This document shows, piece after piece, positions 41,684 through 52,086 of a DNA stretch of 64,000 bases; within the stretch, counting starts at the first letter, position 1, and each line of letters begins with the position of its first letter. The notes under the pieces are model-generated. The model saw only the letters and a list, made by a program, of their open reading frames with translations. It ran no database searches and was not told the origin of the DNA. The DNA is from Terriglobia bacterium (lineage in GTDB: Bacteria; Acidobacteriota; Terriglobia; JAJPHL01; JAPKYU01), in contig CBDCVK010000010.1 in the NCBI GenBank assembly GCA_965223005.1, positions 384,001 to 448,000 on the forward strand. Reading direction: 5' to 3'. The translations under genes were made by a program, and so were the position numbers.

Positions 41684-42951
41684 GTGCGATTCGCCTGGAG
41701 GACTACGCCCCACTGGTCGGCGAAGGCGAACTCCACGACCTGCGGCTTCTGGCGGCTCCCTTGAAAGGGCTTCGAGTACAACACATCAACTCCACTGCGC
41801 TGGGGGGCGGCGTGGCCGAAATTCTGATGCGGCTGGTGCCACTGATGCGGGAATTAGGCTTGGATGCTTCCTGGACGGTTCTCGACGGCACCCCTGAGTT
41901 CTTCGAAGTGACGAAGGCGTTTCACAACGGGCTGCACGGGCAACCCACCCAGATCACGCTGCCCATGCTGCAATGTTACAAGCAAGTCCAGGAAAGTAAC
42001 TATGCCAAGGTGGATCCCAAGGCGGACGTCGTCGTGTTGCACGATCCTCAACCGGCGGGGCTGGCCGAAATGCGGACTGGGCATCCGGGCCGTTGGATCT
42101 GGCGCTGCCACATTGATCTCTCCGACGCGGATCCAATGGTCTGGGGTTTCCTTCGCCCCTACGTCGAACGTTGTAATGCGGCCCTCTTTCACCTGCCCGA
42201 GTATGCCCAGGAGTTGCACATTGAGCAGTACGTCATCCCACCGGCAATTGATCCGTTTTCCGAGAAGAACCGCGATCTCAATGAGAGTGAAATAACTCAT
42301 GTTTTGAAGAAATTCGGCATGGACCCGGGCCGCCCGATTGTAGCGCAGGTTTCGCGCTTTGATCGGCTCAAGGACCCCGTGGGAGTCATCCAGGCCTACC
42401 GGCAACTCGGCAGATGGGTGGATTGCCAGCTTCTGCTGGCTGGCGGGGCTGCGGCCGACGACCCGGAAGGCCAGGAGGTGCTCGCCGAGGTCCGGCAGCA
42501 GGTTGCTGAAGATCCCAATGTCTTCGTTTTGGATCTACCTCCGGACAGCCATTTTGAGATCAACGCCCTGCAGCGGGCCGCCACCGTGATCGTGCAAAAA
42601 TCCATCCGAGAAGGCTTTGGGTTGGTGGTAACTGAGGCGATGTGGAAATGCAAGCCGGTCATTGGCGGAAATGTCGGCGGCATCCGTCGACAGATCCTCC
42701 ACGGGGAAACAGGCTACCTGGTCAACACTATCGAGGGCACCGCCTGGTACTTGCGCGAATTGCTGGTCAATCGGGCTCTGGCGGCGCGCATGGGTGTCTT
42801 GGCGCAAGAATACGTTCGGACCAACGCACTCCTTCCCCAGTATCTGCAAAGCTGGCTCCTGGTTCTGCTTGGGTTGCACCAGCCCGGCGAGGGCATCCTG
42901 CCTTTGCGCGAAACCGTGCGCCCTGTGAAGCCACAAGAGCAAACTGCCTGA
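41680..42951 (+). CDS. treT: Trehalose glycosyltransferring synthase TreT-like (GT4)
   Basis: INSTALGGGVAEIL, HDPQP, WRCHID, QVSRFDRLKDP, EGFGLVVTEA. Confidence 0.87.
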   Translation: MSAIRLEDYAPLVGEGELHDLRLLAAPLKGLRVQHINSTALGGGVAEILMRLVPLMRELGLDASWTVLDGTPEFFEVTKAFHNGLHGQPTQITLPMLQCYKQVQESNYAKVDPKADVVVLHDPQPAGLAEMRTGHPGRWIWRCHIDLSDADPMVWGFLRPYVERCNAALFHLPEYAQELHIEQYVIPPAIDPFSEKNRDLNESEITHVLKKFGMDPGRPIVAQVSRFDRLKDPVGVIQAYRQLGRWVDCQLLLAGGAAADDPEGQEVLAEVRQQVAEDPNVFVLDLPPDSHFEINALQRAATVIVQKSIREGFGLVVTEAMWKCKPVIGGNVGGIRRQILHGETGYLVNTIEGTAWYLRELLVNRALAARMGVLAQEYVRTNALLPQYLQSWLLVLLGLHQPGEGILPLRETVRPVKPQEQTA

Positions 42952-43057
42952 CTTGCGTTCTTAGGATGCCAGGCTAGGAAACCGGCTTTCCTCCTAGGCG
43001 CAACTCTAGGGCGGAGGCTGTGGCGTCGCCAGCGGGAAGTGAGAAGAGCGTGTAGCC

Positions 43058-43513
43058 TTAGCGCGTCCTGCGTTGGTTGAGGTTCCAGCGGATCATCAAT
43101 TCCAGACGCTTGGAGCTGGAGGGGAGGAAGGCCCCAGCCGGGCCCGGTGTCAAGCCCAGGTAGAGGTTGTGTTTGTACAACCCCACGTCCACCTTTCCAT
43201 CCAGAAAGCTGTGCAGGCGGAACCCCTTGTAGAGGTGGAAATAGTCGCGTTCGTAGGTAAAATTCTTGTAGCGGAAGTGTAAGGGCCGGATCAGTCCCCT
43301 CGAGCGTAACAGCCGATCCTCCTCGCTCCTGCGCCCGAAGTCTCCCAGGGCTCCGAACAACGAGCCGTCGCTCTTGGGGGTGTGAGGACGCCAGAACATT
43401 TGCACTCCGGCGGCGTCCTGGGCGTTTGCCAAGCTTTCCTCAGCCAGGCCTACCGGCGATGCCAACAGGGCAACCGCCGTAACAACCGTCAGCGTCCAAT
43501 AAGCCGACCCCAT
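43058..43513 (-). CDS. Hypothetical secreted protein
   Basis: GGGAG RBS, signal peptide ending GLA-EE, aromatic-rich mature part. Confidence 0.6.
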   Translation of the reverse strand: MGSAYWTLTVVTAVALLASPVGLAEESLANAQDAAGVQMFWRPHTPKSDGSLFGALGDFGRRSEEDRLLRSRGLIRPLHFRYKNFTYERDYFHLYKGFRLHSFLDGKVDVGLYKHNLYLGLTPGPAGAFLPSSSKRLELMIRWNLNQRRTR

Positions 43514-43675
43514 GACTCCCCTTCAGATAGCTTTTGCCCTTGGATCTCCTCTGCGGAGTATACCACACCATCCCGTCCGCGTAGTTTTCAAAGTGGCTAG
43601 CCGAGTGTGCTCACAAAGCGATCTCTTTCTGGGTGTCTATTATGTTCCTGAATAGATGGCATCAGAGAAAGAGCC

Positions 43676-43705
43676 TTGACTCGCCGGGAGAGGGGATTGT
43701 ATAAA
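43676..43705 (+). promoter_or_regulatory. Putative sigma70 promoter of glnA
   Basis: TTGACT-18 nt-TATAAA. Confidence 0.5.
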
Positions 43706-43750
43706 CGACGGCCGCTTATCTCTGCTGCGAATTACCTAAGGAGGCTAGGT

Positions 43751-45169
43751 ATGGCCAAAACTCCCGACGATGTTCGGAAACTGGCAAAAGGCGCCGGGGC
43801 CCAAATTGTGGACTTCCGATTCGTAGACCTGCCCGGGGTGTGGCAGCATTTCTCCATCCCCGCTGAAGACCTCAGCGACGACCTGTTCGAAGAGGGCATC
43901 GGTTTCGATGGCTCCAGCATTCGCGGCTTCCAGCTCATCCAGGAAAGCGACATGCTGCTGGTCGCCGACCCGGAGACGGCTCAGATGGATCCCATCCTGG
44001 AGATTCCCACGCTGAACTTGATCTGCAACGTGAAGGACCCGGTGACGCTGCAGAGCTACACCCGCGATGCTCGCTATATCGCGCAGAAGGCGGAAAACCA
44101 CCTGAAGAGCACAGGAATCGCCGATGCCAGCTACTGGGGCCCAGAGGCGGAGTTCTATATCTTTGACGATGTCCGCTATGAGCAGAATGCACAGTCCGGC
44201 TATTACTTCATCGATTCCAAAGAGGGCATCTGGAACTCCGGTCGGGAGGAGAATCCCAACCTCGGCTACAAGCTACGCCATAAGGAGGGTTACTTCCCCG
44301 TGCCGCCGGCCGACAGCATGCAGGACATGCGCTCGGAAATCATCCTGAAACTGGCACAGGTGGGCGTTCCGGTTGAGGTGCATCACCACGAGGTGGGGAC
44401 CGCCGGCCAGGGCGAGATTGATATGAAGTACGGGCCCCTCACCAAGTTGGCTGACAGCATGATGTGGTACAAGTACATTATTCGCAACGTCGCCCGCAAG
44501 CACGGCAAGTCGGCCACCTTCATGCCCAAGCCCATATTTGGCGACAACGGTTCGGGCATGCACACCCACCAGAGCTTGTGGAAGAGTGGCAAGCCCTTGT
44601 TTGCCGGGGACCTCTACGGGGGGCTGAGCCAGATGGCCCTGTGGTACGCGGGCGGCCTGCTCAAGCACGCCGCAGTGCTGCTGGCCTTCTGCGCTCCGAC
44701 CACCAACTCCTACCGGCGCCTGGTGCCCGGATTCGAAGCACCGGTCAACCTGGCCTACTCACGCCGCAATCGCAGCGCGGCTGTCCGCATCCCGATGTAC
44801 TCGACCAGCCCCAAGGCTAAGCGAATCGAGTTCCGGCCTCCGGACCCCTCCGCCAACCCCTATCTCTGCTTTGCCGCGCAGTTGATGGCAGGTCTGGACG
44901 GAATCCAGAACCGGATCGATCCCGGCGAGCCGATTGACAAAGACCTCTACGACCTGGAACCGGAGGAAGCCGCCAAAATCCAGAGCACCCCGGGCTCTCT
45001 CGGCGAGGTGCTCGACTTGCTGGAGAAGGACCACGACTGGCTGCTGGCCGGCGATGTGTTCACGCCCGACGTGATCGAGTCCTGGCTCACCTATAAGCGC
45101 GAACGCGAACTGGCCCCGGTGAACCTGCGCCCCGTGCCCTACGAGTTCTTCCTCTATTACGATCTGTAA
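43751..45169 (+). CDS. glnA: Glutamine synthetase type I
   Basis: [46 protein letters not shown] adenylylation-site motif; AGGAGG RBS. Confidence 0.97.
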   Translation: MAKTPDDVRKLAKGAGAQIVDFRFVDLPGVWQHFSIPAEDLSDDLFEEGIGFDGSSIRGFQLIQESDMLLVADPETAQMDPILEIPTLNLICNVKDPVTLQSYTRDARYIAQKAENHLKSTGIADASYWGPEAEFYIFDDVRYEQNAQSGYYFIDSKEGIWNSGREENPNLGYKLRHKEGYFPVPPADSMQDMRSEIILKLAQVGVPVEVHHHEVGTAGQGEIDMKYGPLTKLADSMMWYKYIIRNVARKHGKSATFMPKPIFGDNGSGMHTHQSLWKSGKPLFAGDLYGGLSQMALWYAGGLLKHAAVLLAFCAPTTNSYRRLVPGFEAPVNLAYSRRNRSAAVRIPMYSTSPKAKRIEFRPPDPSANPYLCFAAQLMAGLDGIQNRIDPGEPIDKDLYDLEPEEAAKIQSTPGSLGEVLDLLEKDHDWLLAGDVFTPDVIESWLTYKRERELAPVNLRPVPYEFFLYYDL

Positions 45170-45202
45170 CTCTGGAGAAGTCTGGAGCAGCACGCTCGGT
45201 CG

Positions 45203-45230
45203 TCCCCGACCCGCCCAGGCGGGTCGGGGA
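45203..45230. terminator. Strong GC hairpin between convergent glnA and ldh (terminator or REP-like element)
   Basis: tccccgacccgcc-ca-ggcgggtcgggga perfect inverted repeat; no U-tract. Confidence 0.55.
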
Positions 45231-45330
45231 GGGTCCAGACATTTGCCGAAAGGATTGTGCGCGGCTCTCCGCAAGCCCAGCGCACGTCTGCCCTGAGGGA
45301 GGCTTGAGGAGTGGAGGGAGCCTGGGTCTC

Positions 45331-46332
<1,002 letters not shown>

Positions 46333-46437
46333 GGAGCGGTCGTGAGGTGGTCGCCTGGGACCTTGCTCTTCACCTGCTCCGCTTCTCCATATTCGATTTC
46401 CTTGATTTCCAAGCAGGGATTTCCGGGCAGGCGACCT

Positions 46438-48957
46438 TCATCCGCGCACTACGATGTTCACCAGCTTGTTGGGGACGACAATGGTCCGGACCAGTTGCTT
46501 GCCGACCATGAACTGGGCCACGCGGGGGTCAGCCAGGGCCCGCTGCTCAATCTCCTCCTGGCTGGTGCCGGCTGCCGCGACCAGGCGGCTGCGCAAGCGT
46601 CCATTCACCTGCACCACGATTTCGAACTCCTCCTCCCTGGCCAGCTCGGCGATGTAGCTGGGCCAGGACTCCCGCAGGAGCAAGCCGTCGTGCCCCAGTA
46701 TACTCCGCAGTTCCTGCGCCAGGTAGGGAGCGAAGGGCGCCAGCAGCAGCACAAAGCTTTCGAGGGCTTCGCGCAACACGGCGGGGGAAAGCTGTTCCTC
46801 GGAGGCGTAGAGTTCGTTCAACAGTTCCATCAGCGCGGCGATGGAAGTGTTGAAGTGCCAGCGTTCCTCGAAGTCGTCGGTGATGCGGCGGATGGTCTGA
46901 TGGAGCCGGCGCTGCGTGGCCCGGTCGGCGACAGTTTGAGCCGCGGCGACCGGATTGCCGTCGTCGCGGACACGCCTGACTGCGGAAGTGGCGGGAACTT
47001 GGGGAGAAACTTGACCGCCGCAGGCCTTGTTGGCGTTGCGCACTGCGAAGCGGTAGGCCCGCTGCATGAAACGATCGATGCCCTCGATGCCTGATTCGTT
47101 CCAGTCCAGGTCTTTGGCCGGCGGAGCGGCGAACATCGTGTAGAGGCGGGTGGCATCGGCGCCGTAACGGGCCACCATCACGTCCGGGTCCACGACGTTG
47201 CCCTTCGACTTGGACATCTTGGCGCCTTCGCGGATGACCATGCCCTGGGTGAAGAGCCGTTCCACCGGCTCATCGTGGGTCACCAAACCCAGATCGCGCA
47301 TCATCTTCGCCCAGAAGCGGGAGTAGACTAGGTGCAGGATGGCGTGCTCGACACCGCCGATGTACTGCTCGATCGGGAACCAGTAGCTGACCGCACGCGG
47401 GTCTATGGGCCCATCGGCTTCCGCCGGGTTGGTATAGCGGTAGAAGTACCAGGACGAGTCCACGAAGGTGTCCATCGTATCGGTCTCGCGGCGTGCCGGG
47501 CCGGAGCAGCGCGGACAGTTGGTGCGCGCAAATTCGTCCACCCGCGCCAGTGGCGATTCCCCCGTCCCGGTGACGGTCACGTCCAGCGGCAGCACCACCG
47601 GCAGTTGCTCGTCAGGCACCGGAACGGTGCCACAGCTTGGGCAGTAAATGATGGGGATGGGAGTCCCCCAGTAGCGCTGGCGGGAGATGCCCCAGTCGCG
47701 GAGCCGGTAGGTGATGGTGCCCCGGCCGAACCCGTGCCGCTCGACGTGCTCGGTCATCCGCCGGATGGCCTGCTCTGAGGTGTGCCCGCTGAATTCGCCC
47801 GATTCCACCACTCGCCCGTACTCGGTGAAGGCCGCGCCCTCCCGGGGCTGCCCCTCCAGCGGCACAATCACCGTGCGGATGGGGATGCGGTATTTGGTGC
47901 AAAACTCGTAGTCGCGCGCATCGTGCGCCGGAACGGCCATGATGGCCCCGGTGCCGTACCCCATCAACACGAAATTGCCGATCCAGATTGGCAGCTGCTC
48001 TTCGTTAAAAGGATTGACTGCAAATTTTCCCGTGAAGACGCCTTCCTTCTCGAACTCGCCCTCTCCCTCGCCGCGACTGGCCACCAGCTTCTGCGCCTGG
48101 GCTCTCATGCCTGCGCTCCACGGGGTGTTGCCGATCAGCTTTTCCACCAGGGGATGTTCCGGGGCCAGCAGCACCGCGGTGGCGCCGTAGATCGTGTCCA
48201 GGCGGGTGGTGAAGATTTCGATGGCGGTCTCGCGATCGTCCGCCAGCCGGAACTGAATCTGGGCGCCCACCGAGCGGCCGATCCAGTTGCGCTGCATGGT
48301 CAGCACCTTTTCGGGCCAGCGCTTCAGCTTGCCGACGTCTTCCAGCAACTGGTCTGCGTAGTCGGTGATGCGCAGAAACCACTGCTCCAGTTCTTTCTCG
48401 CCGACTGCGGTGTCTTCGTGGCGCCAGCAGTTGCCGTCCTTGACCTGCTCGTTGGCCAGCACCGTCTGGCACTTCGGACACCAGTTCACCCGGCTGTGCT
48501 TGCGGTAGGCCAGGCCGCGCTCGTACATGCGAAGGAAAAACCACTGGTTCCAGCGGTAATATTCCGGCTCGCAGGTGGAGATTTCCTTACTCCAGTCGTA
48601 AGCAAACCCGAACCGGCGTAACTGCTGCTTCATGGACGTGATGTTGGCGCGCGTCCAGTTGCGGGGGTGGGTCTGGTTTTGGATGGCCGCGTTTTCCGCC
48701 GGCAGCCCGAAGGCGTCCCATCCCATCGGATGCAGCACGTTATGGCCGCGCATCCACTTGTAGCGCGCTAGTGCGTCACCGATCGAATAGTTGCGCACGT
48801 GCCCCATGTGGAGGGTGCCCGAGGGGTAGGGCAGCATCTCCAGCACGTAGTACTTCGGCCGGCTGGGGTCTGGCTCGGCCCGATACGGGTTTTCCTGCTC
48901 AAACCGCTTTTGCCACTTGGGCTCGATTTCCTGCGGGTTGTAGTCTCGCTCTGCCAT
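46438..48957 (-). CDS. leuS: Leucine--tRNA ligase
   Basis: PYPSGTLHMGH, GTGAIMAVPAHD, RQRYWG, GGVEHAILHL, KMSKS. Confidence 0.98.
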   Translation of the reverse strand: MAERDYNPQEIEPKWQKRFEQENPYRAEPDPSRPKYYVLEMLPYPSGTLHMGHVRNYSIGDALARYKWMRGHNVLHPMGWDAFGLPAENAAIQNQTHPRNWTRANITSMKQQLRRFGFAYDWSKEISTCEPEYYRWNQWFFLRMYERGLAYRKHSRVNWCPKCQTVLANEQVKDGNCWRHEDTAVGEKELEQWFLRITDYADQLLEDVGKLKRWPEKVLTMQRNWIGRSVGAQIQFRLADDRETAIEIFTTRLDTIYGATAVLLAPEHPLVEKLIGNTPWSAGMRAQAQKLVASRGEGEGEFEKEGVFTGKFAVNPFNEEQLPIWIGNFVLMGYGTGAIMAVPAHDARDYEFCTKYRIPIRTVIVPLEGQPREGAAFTEYGRVVESGEFSGHTSEQAIRRMTEHVERHGFGRGTITYRLRDWGISRQRYWGTPIPIIYCPSCGTVPVPDEQLPVVLPLDVTVTGTGESPLARVDEFARTNCPRCSGPARRETDTMDTFVDSSWYFYRYTNPAEADGPIDPRAVSYWFPIEQYIGGVEHAILHLVYSRFWAKMMRDLGLVTHDEPVERLFTQGMVIREGAKMSKSKGNVVDPDVMVARYGADATRLYTMFAAPPAKDLDWNESGIEGIDRFMQRAYRFAVRNANKACGGQVSPQVPATSAVRRVRDDGNPVAAAQTVADRATQRRLHQTIRRITDDFEERWHFNTSIAALMELLNELYASEEQLSPAVLREALESFVLLLAPFAPYLAQELRSILGHDGLLLRESWPSYIAELAREEEFEIVVQVNGRLRSRLVAAAGTSQEEIEQRALADPRVAQFMVGKQLVRTIVVPNKLVNIVVRG

Positions 48958-48983
48958 GCGCGTTTTGTGAAACCGTGCTCGCC

Positions 48984-49042
48984 TATCCGCAGATTTCGCA
49001 AGAACTGGACACGCAGGCCTTATCGTAATCTGCGCAATCTGC
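48984..49042. repeat. Imperfect palindromic element built from CGCAGATT / AATCTGCG units
   Basis: tatccgcagatttcgca ... aatctgcgcaatctgc. Confidence 0.6.
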
Positions 49043-49056
49043 CGACGTACTCCAGC

Positions 49057-50019
49057 TCAATTCCTGAGCTCTCCTTTGTGAACTTTGTGTTTTTGTGTCT
49101 TCGTGTTGTCTTTTCCCAGCCGGACCAGGCGGCGCACGGTTTGCAGGTTCCGCAGATCGTCGCCTTCCCGCTCGATTGGGGTCTCCAGGATGAAGGCTTT
49201 GTTGCGCAACCGCGGGTGGTTCAGGATGCGGCGGAACCCGACCAAGCCGATGCCGCCGCGTCCGATGTGCTCGTGCCGGTCAGCGCGCGAGCCGAGCGCG
49301 GTGCGCGAGTCGTTCGTGTGGACCACGCGGACCGAGTCCAGGCCCACGGTCCGCTCCACATGGGCCTGCAGGTCAGCCAGGCCTTTCACCCTGGAGAGGT
49401 CGAAGCCGGCCTGGTAACAATGCGCCGTGTCCAGGCAGCAGCCGAGGGGCACGCCGTCGGTCAACTCCAGGATGGTGGGTAGCTCCTCGAAGTCGGACCC
49501 CAGCGTGCCTCCGCCCCCGGCGGTGTTCTCGAGCAACACGCGCAACCGGCCCGTTTTTCTTCCCCGTGCTGCCTCTTCCAGTCCTGTGATGAACCGAAGA
49601 AGGGCACTGCGGCGGTCGCTATTGCCCGCGCTTCCCGGATGCGTCACCAGATATTCCGCACCCAGGATCGCGGCGCGCTCCAGTTCCCCGCGGAAGGCTT
49701 CAATGGATTTTTGGCGAATCCGCGGGTCCGACGAGGCCAGGTTGATCAGGTAGTTGTCATGAATGACCAGCGGATAGAGGTCATAGGTTTCGCGCAACCG
49801 CCACAGGGAGCGCGCTTCGGCCGGATCCACTCGTGACTGCTTCCACTGGCGGGGGCTGGAGGAGAAAATCTGGAACGTGTTGCAACCGAGGTGGTGAGCG
49901 CGTTCGGCGGATTTTGAGAGCGCGCCCGCGATGGACGTATGAATGCCGATGCGCCGCCCGGCCACCGGGCCCGGCGGCGCTTGATTCTCCGGGATAGCAA
50001 TCGCCTCGGACAACCCCAC
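49057..50019 (-). CDS. nfo: Endonuclease IV
   Basis: IGIHTSIAG, HDNYLINLAS, HPGS, LENTAG, DTAH, NDS..DRHEHIG.G, ILETP; start uncertain. Confidence 0.93.
   Translation of the reverse strand: MGLSEAIAIPENQAPPGPVAGRRIGIHTSIAGALSKSAERAHHLGCNTFQIFSSSPRQWKQSRVDPAEARSLWRLRETYDLYPLVIHDNYLINLASSDPRIRQKSIEAFRGELERAAILGAEYLVTHPGSAGNSDRRSALLRFITGLEEAARGRKTGRLRVLLENTAGGGGTLGSDFEELPTILELTDGVPLGCCLDTAHCYQAGFDLSRVKGLADLQAHVERTVGLDSVRVVHTNDSRTALGSRADRHEHIGRGGIGLVGFRRILNHPRLRNKAFILETPIEREGDDLRNLQTVRRLVRLGKDNTKTQKHKVHKGELRN
49074..49105. repeat. Degenerate TTTGTG-unit repeat forming the nfo 3' tail
   Basis: ctttgtgaactttgtgtttttgtgtcttcgtg; encodes TKTQKHKVHK. Confidence 0.6.
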
Positions 50020-50203
50020 CGCGCCTCTCCGTGCTCAGAAAAACATTCTCCGTATGTATATTAGCACGAACTCCGAACGACGGTGGCGCAGCGCTCCAAA
50101 GCAAGATGCTGCCATTCACCGACAGCTGAGCACGCAAAGCATGCCGGGACATGCACGGAGAGGCGCGCCCCCGGCCCGGCAGTTTCCACGATAAGTTCGA
50201 CGC

Positions 50204-50229
50204 CGACAGGCAAGGATGCCTGTCGCTAC
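50204..50229 (-). repeat. GTAG-type REP-like element
   Basis: Minus strand reads GTAG-cgacaggca-tcct-tgcctgtcg: GTAG tetranucleotide abutting a 9-bp perfect stem. Confidence 0.7.
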
Positions 50230-50254
50230 TGTATACTTTTTCTCTTGAGGGCAG

Positions 50255-52003
50255 ATGAAACGCAAGATTGAAGCCGTCCGGCTACTGTTCCCCTACCTGC
50301 GGCGCTACCGCTGGCGCTACGTGCCCGGCGTGTTGGCGCTGGTGGCCAATAACGTCGCTTGGCTGGCCATGCCGTTGCTGCTGAAGGCTGCCGTTGACAG
50401 CCTGACCCAGCCGCTCACCCATCAGACGCTGATGTTCTACGCGCTGGCGCTGATCGGGGTCGCCTGCGCCAAGGGTTTCTTCCAATACTGGATGCGCTGG
50501 ATCTTGATTGGCATCTCTCGCGACATCGAGTACGACCTGCGCAACGACCTGTTCCGGCACCTGGAGCGCCTCTCGCTCGCCTACTACCACCGCAACCGTA
50601 CCGGCGACATCATGGCGCGGGCCACCAACGACCTGAACGCCGCCCGCATGCTGCTCGGCCCCGGCATCATGTATTCGGCCAACACCCTGATGGTGATGGT
50701 CTTCGCGATGGCCATCATGCTGCGGCTGGACTGGCGGCTGACCTTGATGGCGTTCACGCCGGTTCCGGCCGTCACGCTGGCGGTGATCTACTTCGGCCGG
50801 CGCATCCACGACCGCTTTGAGCGCATCCAGGCCATGTTCAGCGAGCTGAGCGCCCGCGTGCAAGAGAACCTCTCCGGGATGCGGGTGGTGAAGGCGTATG
50901 CGCAGGAGGAGGCCGAAATCGCCCAGTTCCGCGCAGCCAGTCAGGAGTTCGTCAGGCACAACATCGGGCTGGTCAAGTTATGGGGGATGTTTTATCCGCT
51001 GCTGCAGGTGCTGATCGGGCTGGCGTTCGTGATCGTGCTATGGATGGGCGGGCTGGCGGTCGACGCGGGGCGCATCTCGCTCGGCTCGTTTGTGGCCTTC
51101 AACGTCTACCTGGTGCAGCTCACCTGGCCGATGATCGCGCTGGGCTGGGTGGTCAATCTGGCCGAGCGCGGCGCTGCATCCACCGGGCGCATCCGCCGAA
51201 TCCTGGAAGAGCCGGTCGAAATCGCTTCCCCTGAAGAACCGGCGCGGCTGGGCGAGATTCACGGCGCGATTGAGTTCCGCAACTTGAGCTTCACCTACAA
51301 CGGCCGGCCAGTGCTGCGCAACGTGAACCTGCGGATCCCCGCCGGCCAGACCGTGGCCGTCGTCGGCCACACCGGCTCGGGCAAAACCACGCTGGTGAAC
51401 TTGATCCCTCGTCTGTTCGATGCCCCGCCAGGCACCGTGCTGCTGGACGGCGTGGACATCCGCCGGTGGTCGCTGGAGGCGCTGCGGTGCCAGATCGGCT
51501 TCGTGCCTCAGGAAACGTTCCTGTTCAGCGACACTCTTCGGGAGAACATCGCCTTCGGAGCTCCAGAAGCTGAGGATGCCAGCGTGCGCTGGGCAGCCGA
51601 AGTCGCCGGGCTGCTGCCCGACGTCGAGGAGTTTCCCGAGAAGTTCCAGACGCTGGTCGGCGAGCGCGGCATCACCCTGAGCGGCGGGCAGAAGCAGCGC
51701 ACCGCCATCGCCCGCGCCCTGGTGCGAGACCCCCGCATTCTGGTGTTGGACGACGCGCTGTCCAGCGTGGACACCTACACCGAGGAGCGCATCCTGACCC
51801 GGCTGGCGGAAATGATGAAGGGGCGGACCTCCATTCTGATTTCGCACCGCGTCTCAACCGTCCGCGCCGCCGACTGGATCGTGGTGCTGGAGCAGGGGGA
51901 AATCGTCGAGAGCGGCACCCACGACGAGTTGCTTGCTCGTGGCGGCTATTACGCCGACCTCTATCAGAAGCAACTACTCGAGGAGGAACTAGAGAGAGCA
52001 TGA
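50255..52003 (+). CDS. ABC exporter subunit 1 (MdlA-like, fused TMD-NBD)
   Basis: RTGDIMARATND, GHTGSGKT, LSGGQKQR, degenerate Walker B LDDALS. Confidence 0.93.
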   Translation: MKRKIEAVRLLFPYLRRYRWRYVPGVLALVANNVAWLAMPLLLKAAVDSLTQPLTHQTLMFYALALIGVACAKGFFQYWMRWILIGISRDIEYDLRNDLFRHLERLSLAYYHRNRTGDIMARATNDLNAARMLLGPGIMYSANTLMVMVFAMAIMLRLDWRLTLMAFTPVPAVTLAVIYFGRRIHDRFERIQAMFSELSARVQENLSGMRVVKAYAQEEAEIAQFRAASQEFVRHNIGLVKLWGMFYPLLQVLIGLAFVIVLWMGGLAVDAGRISLGSFVAFNVYLVQLTWPMIALGWVVNLAERGAASTGRIRRILEEPVEIASPEEPARLGEIHGAIEFRNLSFTYNGRPVLRNVNLRIPAGQTVAVVGHTGSGKTTLVNLIPRLFDAPPGTVLLDGVDIRRWSLEALRCQIGFVPQETFLFSDTLRENIAFGAPEAEDASVRWAAEVAGLLPDVEEFPEKFQTLVGERGITLSGGQKQRTAIARALVRDPRILVLDDALSSVDTYTEERILTRLAEMMKGRTSILISHRVSTVRAADWIVVLEQGEIVESGTHDELLARGGYYADLYQKQLLEEELERA

Positions 52004-52006
52004 AAG

Positions 52007-52084
52007 CAGGTTCCAGGTTTCAGGTGTCAGGGTTTCGCGACAAAGGCTCGCCTGACACCTGACACCTGGCACCTGAAACCTAAA
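52007..52084. repeat. Heptamer-repeat inverted element (CAGGTNN)n ... (CCTGNNA)n
   Basis: caggttc caggttt caggtgt cagg - 19 nt - cctgaca cctgaca cctggca cctgaaa cctaaa. Confidence 0.85.
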
Positions 52085-52086
52085 CA

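Noticed and set aside
46930-47030. Short insertions in LeuS and in the MdlB-like protein (about 53210-53275) both containing DGNP
   Set aside because: The similarity is too short to separate from chance in variable loops.
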